From: a virus
Lineage: Duplodnaviria; Caudoviricetes
Virus record (IMG/VR): IMGVR_UViG_3300032799_000270
Span: 1 to 57,918 of that record
Reading direction: 5' to 3' (one strand)
Length of the DNA stretch: 57,918 nt
Within the stretch, counting starts at the first letter, position 1. Each line of letters begins with the position of its first letter. Under the pieces are notes generated by a model, which ran no database searches, was not told the origin of the DNA, and saw nothing but the letters and a program-made list of their open reading frames with translations. Position numbers and translations under genes: made by a program. Shown piece by piece: positions 9,829 to 20,086 of the stretch.

Positions 9829-10401
9829 TTATGGTGCCACCTTCAACCCAAACGGCACGGTCACGTAGACCAATCCCTGCTTGCAGTCCCCCGTGGCCAG
9901 CACGAAGATCGCCGGGAGCATCTCGCCTTCTGGTGCCTTGGTCTGCTCACCTCCTGGTCTACCTGTGTATCGCTCCGCGATGATCGGTAGCCCGATCGCA
10001 CAACCCGCCATGCTGTAGGCCACGGCCTTTCCGACTCCCTTGCTGGGATCGAGCGCGACGGCTCCACCATTCGTCACGCCCGCAGCGATCGCACAACCTC
10101 CGGCGGCGCCCCACATGATCCACTTGGGCAGGTTGCTCCCTTCCAGGCTGCGCTCCACCTCGCGGATCGCCGTAGGGGTCTGGAGTTGCAGATTCTGGGC
10201 CTTGGCCTTGGGCCACACGTCCCGGAAGGTTTGTACCGTTGCGTTCATGGGGCCGTTGTTACAGACCGAGACGGCGTAGAGCTGCAAGGGTCCGAAACTG
10301 GCCTGCTGCCAGGTGAAGTCGGCCGAGATGAACTCAGGCGGGGTCTGGGCCGTGATCGATAGTGTCAGGAATAAGGACAAGCCGTTCAACAGGCTTCTCA
10401 T
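9829..10401 (-). CDS. Hypothetical exported/membrane protein
   Basis: Signal peptide ending ITA-Q; two internal hydrophobic segments. Confidence 0.65.
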   Translation of the reverse strand: MRSLLNGLSLFLTLSITAQTPPEFISADFTWQQASFGPLQLYAVSVCNNGPMNATVQTFRDVWPKAKAQNLQLQTPTAIREVERSLEGSNLPKWIMWGAAGGCAIAAGVTNGGAVALDPSKGVGKAVAYSMAGCAIGLPIIAERYTGRPGGEQTKAPEGEMLPAIFVLATGDCKQGLVYVTVPFGLKVAP

Positions 10402-12332
10402 TGCTGATCCCTCCGTCCTGCTGTAGTTGCTGTTCGAACTTCGCCTCATCGATGAGATGCTTGTAGGCTTCGATCTTGGCGCTTAGGAAATCCATTTCTG
10501 CCTGCGCTCTGATATGGGCTTCCGTGGCGTTCAAGGCTTCAAGACGCACCTCGCGCAGTTTTCGAATTGCGAGAAGAGTGAGTTGTCTTTCTTCTTCATC
10601 AGTCATCGGAAGATTTGGTCCATGTCTTCGGACTGCAAACCAGCGAGGTCGCCCTTTTGTGCCTCAGGGTAGAAGTAGGTCCAAGGCCAGCGTCTCATGA
10701 ACCAAGGCTGGATTCGGTCATAGCCCTCGGAGATCAGGATGACCGGGACCATCACAAGTACCAAAGCACAACCGAAGGCCAGAAGTAGCATTTTCATTGG
10801 CCAGCATACCGCATCTAGCATGTGGCGCCGTCTCCAGCCGGTGAAACTACGGTTCGTCATCGGGACATTTCCCAGCCAAGCATCAATCCGAGGTATCGCC
10901 CATCGCCATGCAGGATAGATGCCGAGCAGCCAGAAGCCGAGGCCAGACCAAATCCAGAGCATGATGCTCACCTCAGGCGTCTGGGCCCGCAAGCCCGTGA
11001 GGACCGTCGTCAAGAGGATCAGGGTTCTCATGCTTGTTCTCCTTCTTCTCATGGACTCGGAACGCCTTCTGGGTTTCCTCCCACACACCATCCCAGTTAA
11101 GATGTACCGCAGAGGCCAACTCGCCCACAAATACGTCCAAGGTAGGATCCGTCATGGCGAGCCCCAACCGCTCCAGCGCCAGCGGGAGTTGTTGGCGCAA
11201 CAGCATCCTCAGGGTGTGGTAGCGACGGAGCCTCTCAAGGCCCATCTGGACCGCTGAGCTTTGGGCGGGTTGCGGCGATTGCAGCGAATCCAGAATGGCG
11301 CCCCAGTCTGCCGCATACAATCCAGCATAACGTTCCATCCCATCCAGAGCATCATCCAGGTTGTCAGCAATCGAAAGCACTTTACTCATGGGATCAGACG
11401 CTGAACCACTATAAATTGCCAGACCACCATCCCCTGAATCGAGAAAGAGTGCGACATGAGAGCCGAGCAGACTATTGAACAGCATGTAGCGCCGGGCGGC
11501 TTCCAGGATTTCGGGAGGAATCATGGGGTCGGTGCCTCGGTCGTCTGCAACTCTGCCAGCCTCAACTCGGCGTAGCGTTCGAGACGCTCCAGCACGTGGC
11601 GTTGGAAGGCAAGGTGCCAAGTAATCCATTTCTGTTCATCCCGCGGTTTCTTAAACCTGCCGGTAGAGCATGGTTTGCCCCCCAGCACACTGATATGGAA
11701 GTCACCGATCAGCAACGTGAAGTTGTCGGGCGTCCCAAACAGGAACCCCGTACCGGTTTGTGGGGGGCCCATGCGAACTGCTTGCGCGTCTGGCGCGGCC
11801 AAATCCAATTCAGTCTTCTCAGCCATCCTGCGTTCCTCTCACGTGTCCAGCCAGGTCTGCAACTCGACCCTGCACTTGGGATGCAGCACCATCATCAGGT
11901 CCATGAGGTTCCGACCGTCAAGGGTCAGGTCCTTGCGCTGGCACTGCCAGTAGTCCCCGTTCGCATCCGCCCCGCTCCAGCCGGTCGAGCCCAGGTAGAG
12001 CACAGCGATGTAGCCGATGGACAGGTATCGCCACGAAGGGTCCATCTCTACATTTTCGCGATTCGGGAACTGCCGTTTCGTGCTCTCGTCCGGGTCCTTA
12101 TCGTAAAAGATATGCTGCAAGCCTCCAGAGCAGATCGGATAGTCAAGACCCTTCGGAGGTACTACCACCAGGCGCACGAACATGCCGCCTTCCCGGGTAT
12201 TTTGCCATTTCGGGTCTTCGACCGGGAAACGAACGAGACCGTGGATGCGCTCCCACTTGGCCGACGAGTAGGCCAGGCCGTCGTAGTCCATCTTGCGCTT
12301 GGTGGGGTGGCTCACCTGTTTGACAGCGTGCT

Positions 12333-12563
12333 TCATCTCCATCCCTGGTGCTCATACTCACGCATTCTGCCAACTGGGACCACTATCTCCCAGTCCATGA
12401 ACACAGTTCCTTGTGAGTCGACCGACTTCTTCAACCGGACAGCTTCTCCGCTTTCGTCGTGTTTTCTGAGGTGATTAGACTTCGCCAATTCTGAGCGGAG
12501 CTTTCTGCCACAGAACGGGCAGGGCCGTACAGTTCCCGCTTCCGCCTCTCGGGCTGCCGACAT
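12333..12563 (-). CDS. C2H2 zinc-finger protein, putative regulator
   Basis: CPFC-x12-HLRKH; first gene after the promoter at 12617-12645. Confidence 0.75.
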   Translation of the reverse strand: MSAAREAEAGTVRPCPFCGRKLRSELAKSNHLRKHDESGEAVRLKKSVDSQGTVFMDWEIVVPVGRMREYEHQGWR

Positions 12564-12590
12564 GTGCTCTCCTGTTTTTCTGAGACCTCT

Positions 12591-12686
12591 TTTGCGAACA
12601 CTTTGCGAACAGGTTTGTTATACCACAGGTCAGGGGGCAAAGCAAGGGGTTTCAGTAGGCTTTTCCAGGAGGGGGTTTTGCGAACA
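12591..12686 (-). promoter_or_regulatory. Sigma70 promoter (TTGCTT-17-TATAAC, extended -10) with three TGTTCGCAAA boxes
   Basis: TTTGCGAACA on + at 12591, 12602 and 12677. Confidence 0.7.
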
Positions 12687-12699
12687 GCCGGTTTAGGGC

Positions 12700-12817
12700 A
12701 GCGAAGCCCCCCGCTTGGGAGAACGGGGGGCCCGCACTAGCACTCGCTCATCGAATCATGAGAGGAGAATCTCACGTGTGATGGGATGATGGTACACCCG
12801 ATCCGCCTACCTGTCAA
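12700..12817 (-). ncRNA. Putative sRNA unit A including its promoter and hairpin
   Basis: TTGACA-17-TACCAT (12817-12789), then CATCCCATCACACGTGA, then 8-bp GC hairpin 12706-12731; no ORF. Confidence 0.55.
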
Positions 12818-12824
12818 GAGGAGA

Positions 12825-12928
12825 ATCTGGAGGGGCGACCCGTCACTAGATCGCCCCTGCTTCGGAGGGAACTAGACACCGCACTTCACGTATGGGATGA
12901 GCCTACCAGAATTTTGCGGGGCTGTCAA
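12825..12928 (-). ncRNA. Putative sRNA unit B including its promoter and hairpin
   Basis: TTGACA-17-TAGGCT (12928-12900), then CATCCCATACGTGA, then hairpin 12831-12858; no ORF. Confidence 0.55.
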
Positions 12929-13422
12929 TCCCGGCGTGCGATCCAGGCTACCGCCACGACCCCCAGGCCGGCCAGCCAGACCCAGAGGGGAATGTTCTCC
13001 AGGTTGGGGATGATGGAGGCTAGTTGTGGCTCGACCGAGCCTGTCAGCGGCGCTGTGACGCCGTAGACCTCGGCTCTCCCCAGAACGTCCTGAGCGTACT
13101 GCCAGGATTCGGGAGGCGTGGTCCCCCGGGCCATGTTCCCCGGCCCGCCGTTGTAGGCCGCCAAGGCTTTGGTCCAGTCGCCGAACTGCCGGTAGAGCTT
13201 GGAGAGATAGGCAATTCCGCCTTCGATGTTTTCGGTTTCATTGTACGGGTTCACGCCCAGGTCCGAAGCGGTCCCCGGCATGAGTTGGAAGACGCCCACT
13301 TCTCCGGCCCTGCCGCGGGCGCCCTGGTTGAAGCCCGATTCCTGTTGAGCGACGGCCAAGGCCAAAGCCGGGTCTACCCCGTAACGCAGCGCGGTCTCGC
13401 GGATCTGGTCCTGGATGGCCAT
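12925..13422 (-). CDS. Lytic transglycosylase (SLT domain) with C-terminal TM anchor, probably virion-associated
   Basis: AVAQQESGF, GVFQLMP and ALAAYNGG motifs; tail LWVWLAGLGVVAVAWIARRD. Confidence 0.92.
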   Translation of the reverse strand: MAIQDQIRETALRYGVDPALALAVAQQESGFNQGARGRAGEVGVFQLMPGTASDLGVNPYNETENIEGGIAYLSKLYRQFGDWTKALAAYNGGPGNMARGTTPPESWQYAQDVLGRAEVYGVTAPLTGSVEPQLASIIPNLENIPLWVWLAGLGVVAVAWIARRD

Positions 13423-13423
13423 G

Positions 13424-13948
13424 TCAAGCTTCCACTCCTGACACGTCAGGGAAGATTCTTGGGAGCACTTGGGCCAGGGCCACGGTTCGGCCGTCCTCGT
13501 CGTAGCCCCATTGAACCCGGGCCAGAGTAGCCCGCACATCCACGTGGACGTAATCAGGATGCCCCTGACGGCCCTTGGAAGATTCTGGAGCGGCTGGAGG
13601 AGCCAGGCCGATGCCTTGGAAGCCGGGAACCTGGAGCGCGGCCTGGTAAACCTCCCCAAGCGGTCGCGTGGGACATTGCACGTCGGCCGCCCGGCCCGGT
13701 AAGCCCGTATGAGGGTTGTAGAGGTGCTGGCTCGACGCCTTGCCGCCCTCATGCTTGTTCCAGGCGGCACAACGGCAACCGCTGGTGATGAGGAGCCGGT
13801 GTTCCTTTTGGCCTTCCGTGAGGTTGGCATTCAGGATCGCTCGCCAAGCTTCCAAGCCCTCGATCAACTCAGGGGCTATCAGCGGCTCCCCGCAGTTCCC
13901 ACAGTGGCACTTGAACTCATTCGAGTCGAAGTGGGCCGAGAGCTTCAT
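13424..13948 (-). CDS. Peptidase M15A-family endolysin
   Basis: HFDSNEFKCHCG, SGCRC..N..GG..SQH, AADV, HVDVR. Confidence 0.9.
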   Translation of the reverse strand: MKLSAHFDSNEFKCHCGNCGEPLIAPELIEGLEAWRAILNANLTEGQKEHRLLITSGCRCAAWNKHEGGKASSQHLYNPHTGLPGRAADVQCPTRPLGEVYQAALQVPGFQGIGLAPPAAPESSKGRQGHPDYVHVDVRATLARVQWGYDEDGRTVALAQVLPRIFPDVSGVEA

Positions 13949-14452
13949 ACCAGTTTACCGCCTGCCACTTCAGAAAACCATTCGCCGCACGACAGGATCG
14001 GATGGGGATGCTCTGTATCGCACAGCGGGGAAGGACGATGGGCCGTGAGTTTGGGATCGTCCAGAAAAAACAGAACGGTTTCATGAGCGGGGTAAGGAGG
14101 TTCGTATCTGCACTCCGTCTGCCTTGGTCTTGGTGTCGATTTATCCATATAAACAAATCGAAATATAACGGGAGCGCCCCCGCCGGTCGGTGTGGACAAG
14201 GACGCTCCCGGGCGAACCCCGAAGACAGCGGGCCTCTTCGGAGATCAGGGCTTGGGGACCAACTCCACGGTCACCTGGACCGTCTGCCCTCCAAGCGAAG
14301 TTGTGAGGCGTACTGCGTTGCCCTGCAAAAGCTCGACAAGCAGTCCCCGTATCCAGGTCTCGAAACGTTCCTGAATGAAGGCCAGCTTGGGAGCCAAGCT
14401 GTTGACGATCGCTTCGCCCAATTCCTTTTCATTGATGACGCTGAGACTCATC

Positions 14453-14791
14453 TCATCCTTCCTTAAGGGCTTGTGCCTCGCCGTTCTTCGTGCGTTTGAA
14501 CAGGCCGCGGTAGAGACCTTCCTGGATGGCGCCTTGCCAGAGTACCGCCAGCACGAACGACACGCCGCTGGTCAAGGTGAGTCCGGCGATCGTCATCGCT
14601 CCCCCGGTCGGGTCGTAGTGTATGGTGATCCCCACCGAGGCCGCTGCGGCCAAGAGGGCCGAGACGAAGCGGTTGAGTTGATTCGTGTTGTCGTTAATGA
14701 ACGGCAGCCACTTGGCGGCCTTCAGGCGCTGGATGATCCAGACGGCCAGGAAGCCGATACCTACCTGGTCCTGCATGACTGATTGGTTCAT
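14453..14791 (-). CDS. Holin-like membrane protein
   Basis: Small, about 3 TM segments, upstream of the endolysin. Confidence 0.6.
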   Translation of the reverse strand: MNQSVMQDQVGIGFLAVWIIQRLKAAKWLPFINDNTNQLNRFVSALLAAAASVGITIHYDPTGGAMTIAGLTLTSGVSFVLAVLWQGAIQEGLYRGLFKRTKNGEAQALKEG

Positions 14792-14808
14792 ACGCTCCTC
14801 TTTGCGGG

Positions 14809-15156
14809 TCAACCCACTTCCGTTCCATTCGCCAGACGGCGGGTTCGGAGCGCCCGCATCTCCGACCATACCTCTTTGCCGAGCAGAGCGGCGATGCCGG
14901 CCAGGATTCCCCAAACCATCCTACCCAGACCGTCCAGCCGCTCCTCGATTCGCGCCATGCGTTCCGGTACGCCGTTCATAGCTTCGAGCTTGACGGAATG
15001 TTCAGCCAATTTTGCTGTGAAATTCATGTGGGCGTCAATGTTGTCTTTCTCGCGGGTGAACGTCTGGGGGAACGCATTGACTAGAACCACCAGTACTAAG
15101 ATCGTGACTGCAACGAATCCCCCCAGTCTCATGTCATCTCCCCACTGCGTCGTCAC
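14809..15156 (-). CDS. Small membrane protein (TM, coiled coil, TM), lysis-associated
   Basis: Hydrophobic ends flanking a MARIEERLDGL heptad. Confidence 0.6.
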   Translation of the reverse strand: MTTQWGDDMRLGGFVAVTILVLVVLVNAFPQTFTREKDNIDAHMNFTAKLAEHSVKLEAMNGVPERMARIEERLDGLGRMVWGILAGIAALLGKEVWSEMRALRTRRLANGTEVG

Positions 15157-15168
15157 CCCATCTCCAGA

Positions 15169-16938
15169 TCAGATTCCTACACAGGTCCAGGCACCGTTGA
15201 GCCGGATCGCCAAGGCGCCCGAACTGGCCCCGCCTGTCGAGCAAACCGTGGGCCCGGCCCCTGCTATCGCAGGATCGCAGTTGGAGCAGTACACGATGGT
15301 GCCATTGGCCGGGGCACCTAGATTTCCTTGGGTGAGCGGGGCGATGGTCATGCCGCCGGTTCGGCTAAACCGCGCTCTCTCAGTCATGGCAATGGCCCCA
15401 TCGTTGGCGGTGGAGATGATGAGGGCACCCGGCATGTCTCCGGCTCCCGGTGCGGCGTCCACGATGGCGGTGATCTCGGCTCCACCCACGAAGTCGTTTC
15501 CGTCCCATCCGTTTGCCCTCCAACTTCCGAGTTCGTCTCCTGCGTTCAAGATCACGGGGGCCGCAATTGTCCCCCTGGCGTGACGTGCCGCGAAGTCGGC
15601 TCCATCGGCTCCGTCGAAATACTGAGTAGACCTCACGATGACCCCGCCGGCGGTATTGCGGAAGTCGGTCAGAAAGTTGTTTCCGGCCACACCCGTGATG
15701 TGCAGATTGGCCAGGTCGTCATTGTCAACGGTCGCGAAGTAGTGCAGCTTGATGTCTGCCCCCGCTGCGCTGATTGTAGGCTGCGCCGGGCCTGCGAGGT
15801 TGGCAAGGTCGAGTCCGTAGGTGTACTGTCCGCCAGGCGTGGATCGTACCGTGACAGCCCGGAAGGCCGCCGGCACGGTGGCGGTAGGCGCCGCGTCTCC
15901 TTCGAGCATGGCCAGCACCACGGCGTCAGGGATGTTGTTGGCCGAGCCATCCTTGACTACTCCCATCAGGGCCGCCTTGCCTCCGGGGTTTTGGAAAGTG
16001 GTGGTGGGGTTCACGCCCGGAGTCTGATAAATACCCATCACGCCAGCCACGTAGCCGTTTGGGGCGTCCGCGGCGTTCACTTCGTTGATCTGGAGCCAGG
16101 AAGTCAGACCATAGAGGTTCGGTCTGACGATGCTCCCGTCATCCTGGATCGCGTAGACGCTCGCGCCATACAACTCACCCAGGTTGGAGCCCTTCTCGGC
16201 TCTTCCGACGAGCTGCACAGGGCGGATGCCGCCTGTTCCATTTCCACCTGAGGCCGCCAGAGTCACTGAGAATCCGTCCGTGTAGCCGGTCGCCGTGGCG
16301 TCCCGGGCGTAGATCTGCCAGATATTGTCGCCCGTTGTGAAGTTGGTCAAGTACGAAGCCGTGGTTCCACTCTGGATCTTCGGGAATCCCAAGGCTGGAA
16401 ACCACGGACTTGCCACGGCGCTCGTCCAGTTCAGTACCGGGCCCGACTGATCGCGGTTGTTGATCGATGCCGTGATCTGTTCTCCCCTGGCCTGTACCGT
16501 GCCTGCTGTGGGCCAGTTCACCACGCCTCCTCCCACATCCTTGAAGGCGAGCGCGGCGGTGTTGCTGGCGACCACACAATTCGCACACGTATTGGTCAAG
16601 GGCCAGTTGGGCGTAACCAACCGGATCACGTCGTAGCCCGTAGCGCCGGGTTGCGCCGGCCAGGAAACAGCCACCGGGTTGGCCCCCAGTCCAGCCACGC
16701 CTTGAGTTTGTCTGGCGATGCCGGGGCCTTGCTGGATGCTCACTCCCGCTGGGTACCGTGCGATGACCCAGTAGTATAGGCTGACGGTACCGGGGACTCC
16801 GGTGGCGACCGCCGTAACCCTGACAACTGGGCTGACTGCGCCTGCCTTGAATGTCAATTGGTCGATGATGCTCTGCTGCCCCCATCCGGCCGTGGCCGTC
16901 AAAAGGGCCAGCAACACTCCGAAGATTGTTTGCTTCAT
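15169..16938 (-). CDS. Large beta-rich spike/receptor-binding-like protein with signal peptide
   Basis: MKQTIFGVLLALLTATAGWG-Q; fibre-like RGTIAAP...GDELG...ERARF and GTIVYCSNC segments. Confidence 0.65.
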   Translation of the reverse strand: MKQTIFGVLLALLTATAGWGQQSIIDQLTFKAGAVSPVVRVTAVATGVPGTVSLYYWVIARYPAGVSIQQGPGIARQTQGVAGLGANPVAVSWPAQPGATGYDVIRLVTPNWPLTNTCANCVVASNTAALAFKDVGGGVVNWPTAGTVQARGEQITASINNRDQSGPVLNWTSAVASPWFPALGFPKIQSGTTASYLTNFTTGDNIWQIYARDATATGYTDGFSVTLAASGGNGTGGIRPVQLVGRAEKGSNLGELYGASVYAIQDDGSIVRPNLYGLTSWLQINEVNAADAPNGYVAGVMGIYQTPGVNPTTTFQNPGGKAALMGVVKDGSANNIPDAVVLAMLEGDAAPTATVPAAFRAVTVRSTPGGQYTYGLDLANLAGPAQPTISAAGADIKLHYFATVDNDDLANLHITGVAGNNFLTDFRNTAGGVIVRSTQYFDGADGADFAARHARGTIAAPVILNAGDELGSWRANGWDGNDFVGGAEITAIVDAAPGAGDMPGALIISTANDGAIAMTERARFSRTGGMTIAPLTQGNLGAPANGTIVYCSNCDPAIAGAGPTVCSTGGASSGALAIRLNGAWTCVGI

Positions 16939-16941
16939 GCT

Positions 16942-17334
16942 TCACTCCTTGTTGGAAGTTGGCCCGCTTGCCTTTTTGGGAGCGGGGGTTGCCGGTTTGG
17001 TTTCGGAAGGGGCAGGCTTCTTCGTCCAAGTGAAATCCGCATTCAGTTCGCAGTCGAGGCAGGCGTACTGCGATTTCAGAGATTGAAGAAGACGGTTAAG
17101 ATTTTCCTCGGCCTGACGCACTTGCGCCTCGGCCTGAAGATGGTTGATGTGCGCCTGGGCGATGACTAGTTGGGCTTCTCGGATGAACAGGCGATCCGCT
17201 TCGAGCAGAACTGCTGCGCCTTCGCGCTTGGACTCAGGTTTGGCTGGCGGCTCCTGAGCCAAGCCCAGAGCCACGAAAACAAGGCAGGAGGGAAGTAGCG
17301 TTCTCATAATTGCGCGTGAAAAGTGAACCATCAT
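16942..17334 (-). CDS. Exported coiled-coil protein
   Basis: Hydrophobic leader ending GLA-Q, heptads, CxxC. Confidence 0.6.
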   Translation of the reverse strand: MMVHFSRAIMRTLLPSCLVFVALGLAQEPPAKPESKREGAAVLLEADRLFIREAQLVIAQAHINHLQAEAQVRQAEENLNRLLQSLKSQYACLDCELNADFTWTKKPAPSETKPATPAPKKASGPTSNKE

Positions 17335-18521
17335 ATCGCCTCTTCTTTCCAACTGATGATCGTGGCTCCCGCCCCAAAGCTCGCGCTCTGGCTGCGGATC
17401 GCATAGTACACTTGGTCGGGTGTCAGAAAGTCGGTGCGACCTACGGTATGAACCTGGAAGAAGTGCTGTCCGTCGATGCTCCAGCGGCAGATCCGATCCG
17501 TGGCGTTGGCCTCGATCTGCATGAAGAGCCACTGGACATCAGGTGCCGCGATGCTGGTGTAACCGCCGTTGAAGGACGTGGAAGTGTTCCATTTGGTGGT
17601 TTCCAGGTTAAAACCGCTATTGTGGTAGTAGGAGAATGATGCCAGTTTCCCGTCTGAGGACTGCCGCCAGCCGATGTCGAAGGCATTGTAGTTGGCTCGG
17701 TTGAGTTGCAAAAGCACCAGGACGGTGATCTTGTAGTTCCCCGCCTTGGCCTTGTAACGGACGTACTCTTCCGTGGTGTTGTTGGCCGTGGTTGAGATGT
17801 AAACCCCGCCATACGTCGTATCCACCGTGGCGGTGTCCTGGTTGTCCCAGGCAAAGCCTGAATCGTCATGCAAGGTTAAAGGGAAGCCGGGCCCCCAGGG
17901 AGACCAGACATTTGCGGCTCCGCACCTGAGCAGGTTGTAAAAGCTGTCCGATGGGAGGTAAGCGTTGCCTGCCGTGCAGACGGCTGGCAGGGCCGCGTAG
18001 GTTCCGGTCGAGATAGTGGCTCCCCCGCCCGCTCCGCCGGCTTGAGGCTGGAACAGCGTCAGGTCCACCTCGTAGGTCCCCGCCCCTCCATTGGTGCTCG
18101 TCACAACCCCGATCACCTGGCCCGTGGTCGGGTAGCTCGCCCCTCCGTCCATGCAGTCGCCCGCCGTCGAGGTGTCGTTGATGACGTAGTGTCCGGCGGT
18201 GGTGGCCGAATCGAAGACGCACGACGCTTTGCCCGCGAAAGCGATGTCGGCATTTCCAGCCACTCCAGCTCCCGCTACTACGATCCCGATGATGCCCGAG
18301 GTGTCCCCTGTAGCGGTGAGGATCGCCGTCGAAGGGGCGCCCGTCAATTTGGCCAGCTTGTTCAGGGTCGTGCCAGCCATGGCTTCGTTGGGGAAGCGGA
18401 CGTTCTGGCTCGAAACGTAGGTCCGGCCCATGTTCACGGTCTGGCTGGGGATTGACAGGGCGGCGGCGAAGATCAAGACAGTGGCCACTGCCGCCAACCA
18501 AAGGAAGGGTGAACGTCTCAT
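17331..18521 (-). CDS. Virion structural protein with signal peptide, DUF2190/cement-like domain and C-terminal lectin-like beta domain
   Basis: GIIGIVVAGAG..ADIAFAG..TTAGHYV pattern; aromatic beta-rich C-terminus. Confidence 0.55.
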   Translation of the reverse strand: MRRSPFLWLAAVATVLIFAAALSIPSQTVNMGRTYVSSQNVRFPNEAMAGTTLNKLAKLTGAPSTAILTATGDTSGIIGIVVAGAGVAGNADIAFAGKASCVFDSATTAGHYVINDTSTAGDCMDGGASYPTTGQVIGVVTSTNGGAGTYEVDLTLFQPQAGGAGGGATISTGTYAALPAVCTAGNAYLPSDSFYNLLRCGAANVWSPWGPGFPLTLHDDSGFAWDNQDTATVDTTYGGVYISTTANNTTEEYVRYKAKAGNYKITVLVLLQLNRANYNAFDIGWRQSSDGKLASFSYYHNSGFNLETTKWNTSTSFNGGYTSIAAPDVQWLFMQIEANATDRICRWSIDGQHFFQVHTVGRTDFLTPDQVYYAIRSQSASFGAGATIISWKEEAI

Positions 18522-18564
18522 CGCTTTTCCTCCAACCGTCTCAGCCTGTAGTGTAGCTCATCGC

Positions 18565-19131
18565 TCATTTCGCGTACTCCTGCCGGCTGCCGGCCGAGTC
18601 CACTTGGAAGTGGAAGTCGATCTCCAGCAGACCGGCATCGTCGGGGTAGGTGTCCGTGGTCGGATCGCGCCAGATCCGGCACATCAACATCGAACTGATC
18701 TTCTTGCCTGTGCCAGTCAGGTTCTGGAAAATGAGAACCTGATGCTGCCAGGCCGTTCCACTGGCGTTGTCGTTGTTTGAGGTCGCGCCCAGAACAGGAA
18801 TCAGATCCCCAATGTTCAGCCAGTAGTAGTCAATCCTCCAAATCACACTTCCGGCGTTGTTCGTCGTCGGGCACCAATGCACATGCGGGTAGAGGTCTGA
18901 GCCTTCCTGGTAGGTATGCGGGAGTTGGGCCGTGAAGTCCATGCTCTCTACCGTGGCTGCCCCATTGAAGCCCCGGATGCGAACCGCTCCTCCGGGTCCG
19001 TAGACGATCGGATCGGCCGGAGTTGCTCCAGGAGCCAGGGCATTCACCGGCACGCGCAGGTCGTCCCACAGCAGACTGGCAGCGGCGAAGGGCAGCGCGT
19101 TAGACCAGGAATGAGGCACGGGTGGCGGCAT
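18565..19131 (-). CDS. Beta-sandwich virion protein
   Basis: LWDDLRVP..QLPHTY.EG..PHVHW..IDFHFQVD pattern seen in fibre C-termini. Confidence 0.55.
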   Translation of the reverse strand: MPPPVPHSWSNALPFAAASLLWDDLRVPVNALAPGATPADPIVYGPGGAVRIRGFNGAATVESMDFTAQLPHTYQEGSDLYPHVHWCPTTNNAGSVIWRIDYYWLNIGDLIPVLGATSNNDNASGTAWQHQVLIFQNLTGTGKKISSMLMCRIWRDPTTDTYPDDAGLLEIDFHFQVDSAGSRQEYAK

Positions 19132-19167
19132 CCTTCCTACCCCTTTTTTTGGTTGGTGATAGTTTCA

Positions 19168-20085
19168 TCAGTAGGTTCTCACAATCACGATGCCTGCGGC
19201 GCCATTGCCGCCTGCGCCAGAGTCGGAACCGTTGGGGGCCGCACCACCACCGCCGCCCCCGCCGCCGTAGGTCCCACCATTCCCGCCCGCCCCGCCATTG
19301 CCTGCATTGTGTGAAGCTCCTCCACCACCGCCAGCCCCGCCCCATATGGAATTAGCCGGAGCTGCTGCACCGTTCCCGCCCGCCCCACCACTTGCCGCCC
19401 CAGCGGCACCTCCGGCGTAGCCCGTGCCATCAACACAGATGCTGGCTGTTCCACCGCTACCTCCGTCGTCATCATCGTTGACGGTATCGAGTCCACCACC
19501 GCCACCACCCCCCGCCGAGGCGGTAGAGAGAGCAGTAAGGGAAGTACCTGCATTGTTGCTACCTGATGCCCCTGCCGTGGCAGAGAATAAGTTACCGCGA
19601 CCAACAGCTCCACCGGCCCCGGCAGTAGTGCTGCCGCCGCCCCCTGCCCCGCCGCCTATCACGGTAAAATAAGCGCCAAAGGACGAGTTGCCGCCCACAG
19701 TACCGTTGTTTCCAGTGCTGTCGTCGGAAGTTTGTGACGCTCCACCAGCACCGCCCGCCCCAACCGCAATTGCTACAATCGCAGGTAGCGTACTTGCCGG
19801 GAATGTCAAATAACCCCAACCCCCTCCAGCCCCGGCACCACCGCCGTAACGGTTGACGCCCGCTGCCCCCACGCGACCAGATCCTCCGCCCGCTCCTCCA
19901 GCGATCAGGTAAACCTCGACCAATTTGTAGTTTCCGGCGGGCTTGTTCCAGTTGCCGCCTGCCAGAAAAGTCTGAATGTCGCCACTGTTCAGAATCTGTA
20001 TCCCACCGATCGACGTATTTCCAATGTCAGCCGTCTGACTTATTAGGGGACAGCAGACGGCGAGCATGAAGAGCAGTTTCCACAT
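19168..20085 (-). CDS. Glycine-rich-domain protein with signal peptide
   Basis: W.KPAG..VEVYLIAGGAGGGSG...GGNGAAGIVIVRTY. Confidence 0.8.
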   Translation of the reverse strand: MWKLLFMLAVCCPLISQTADIGNTSIGGIQILNSGDIQTFLAGGNWNKPAGNYKLVEVYLIAGGAGGGSGRVGAAGVNRYGGGAGAGGGWGYLTFPASTLPAIVAIAVGAGGAGGASQTSDDSTGNNGTVGGNSSFGAYFTVIGGGAGGGGSTTAGAGGAVGRGNLFSATAGASGSNNAGTSLTALSTASAGGGGGGGLDTVNDDDDGGSGGTASICVDGTGYAGGAAGAASGGAGGNGAAAPANSIWGGAGGGGGASHNAGNGGAGGNGGTYGGGGGGGGAAPNGSDSGAGGNGAAGIVIVRTY

Positions 20086-20086
20086 A

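Larger units (their letters stand above)
5028..12342 (-). other. Tightly packed cluster of about 20 small hypothetical genes
   Basis: Abutting or overlapping start/stop codons on the minus strand (e.g. 5028-5219, 5515-5766, 5805-6101, 6098-6415, 7092-7367, 7364-7585, 8600-8923, 10334-10606, 11521-11826, 11839-12342); no recognisable families. Confidence 0.7.

Noticed and set aside
10973-11035. Leader MRTLILL..AQTPEVS resembling the start of 9829-10401 (AQTPPEFIS) as a second insertion scar
   Set aside because: Similarity is short and could reflect generic signal-peptide composition
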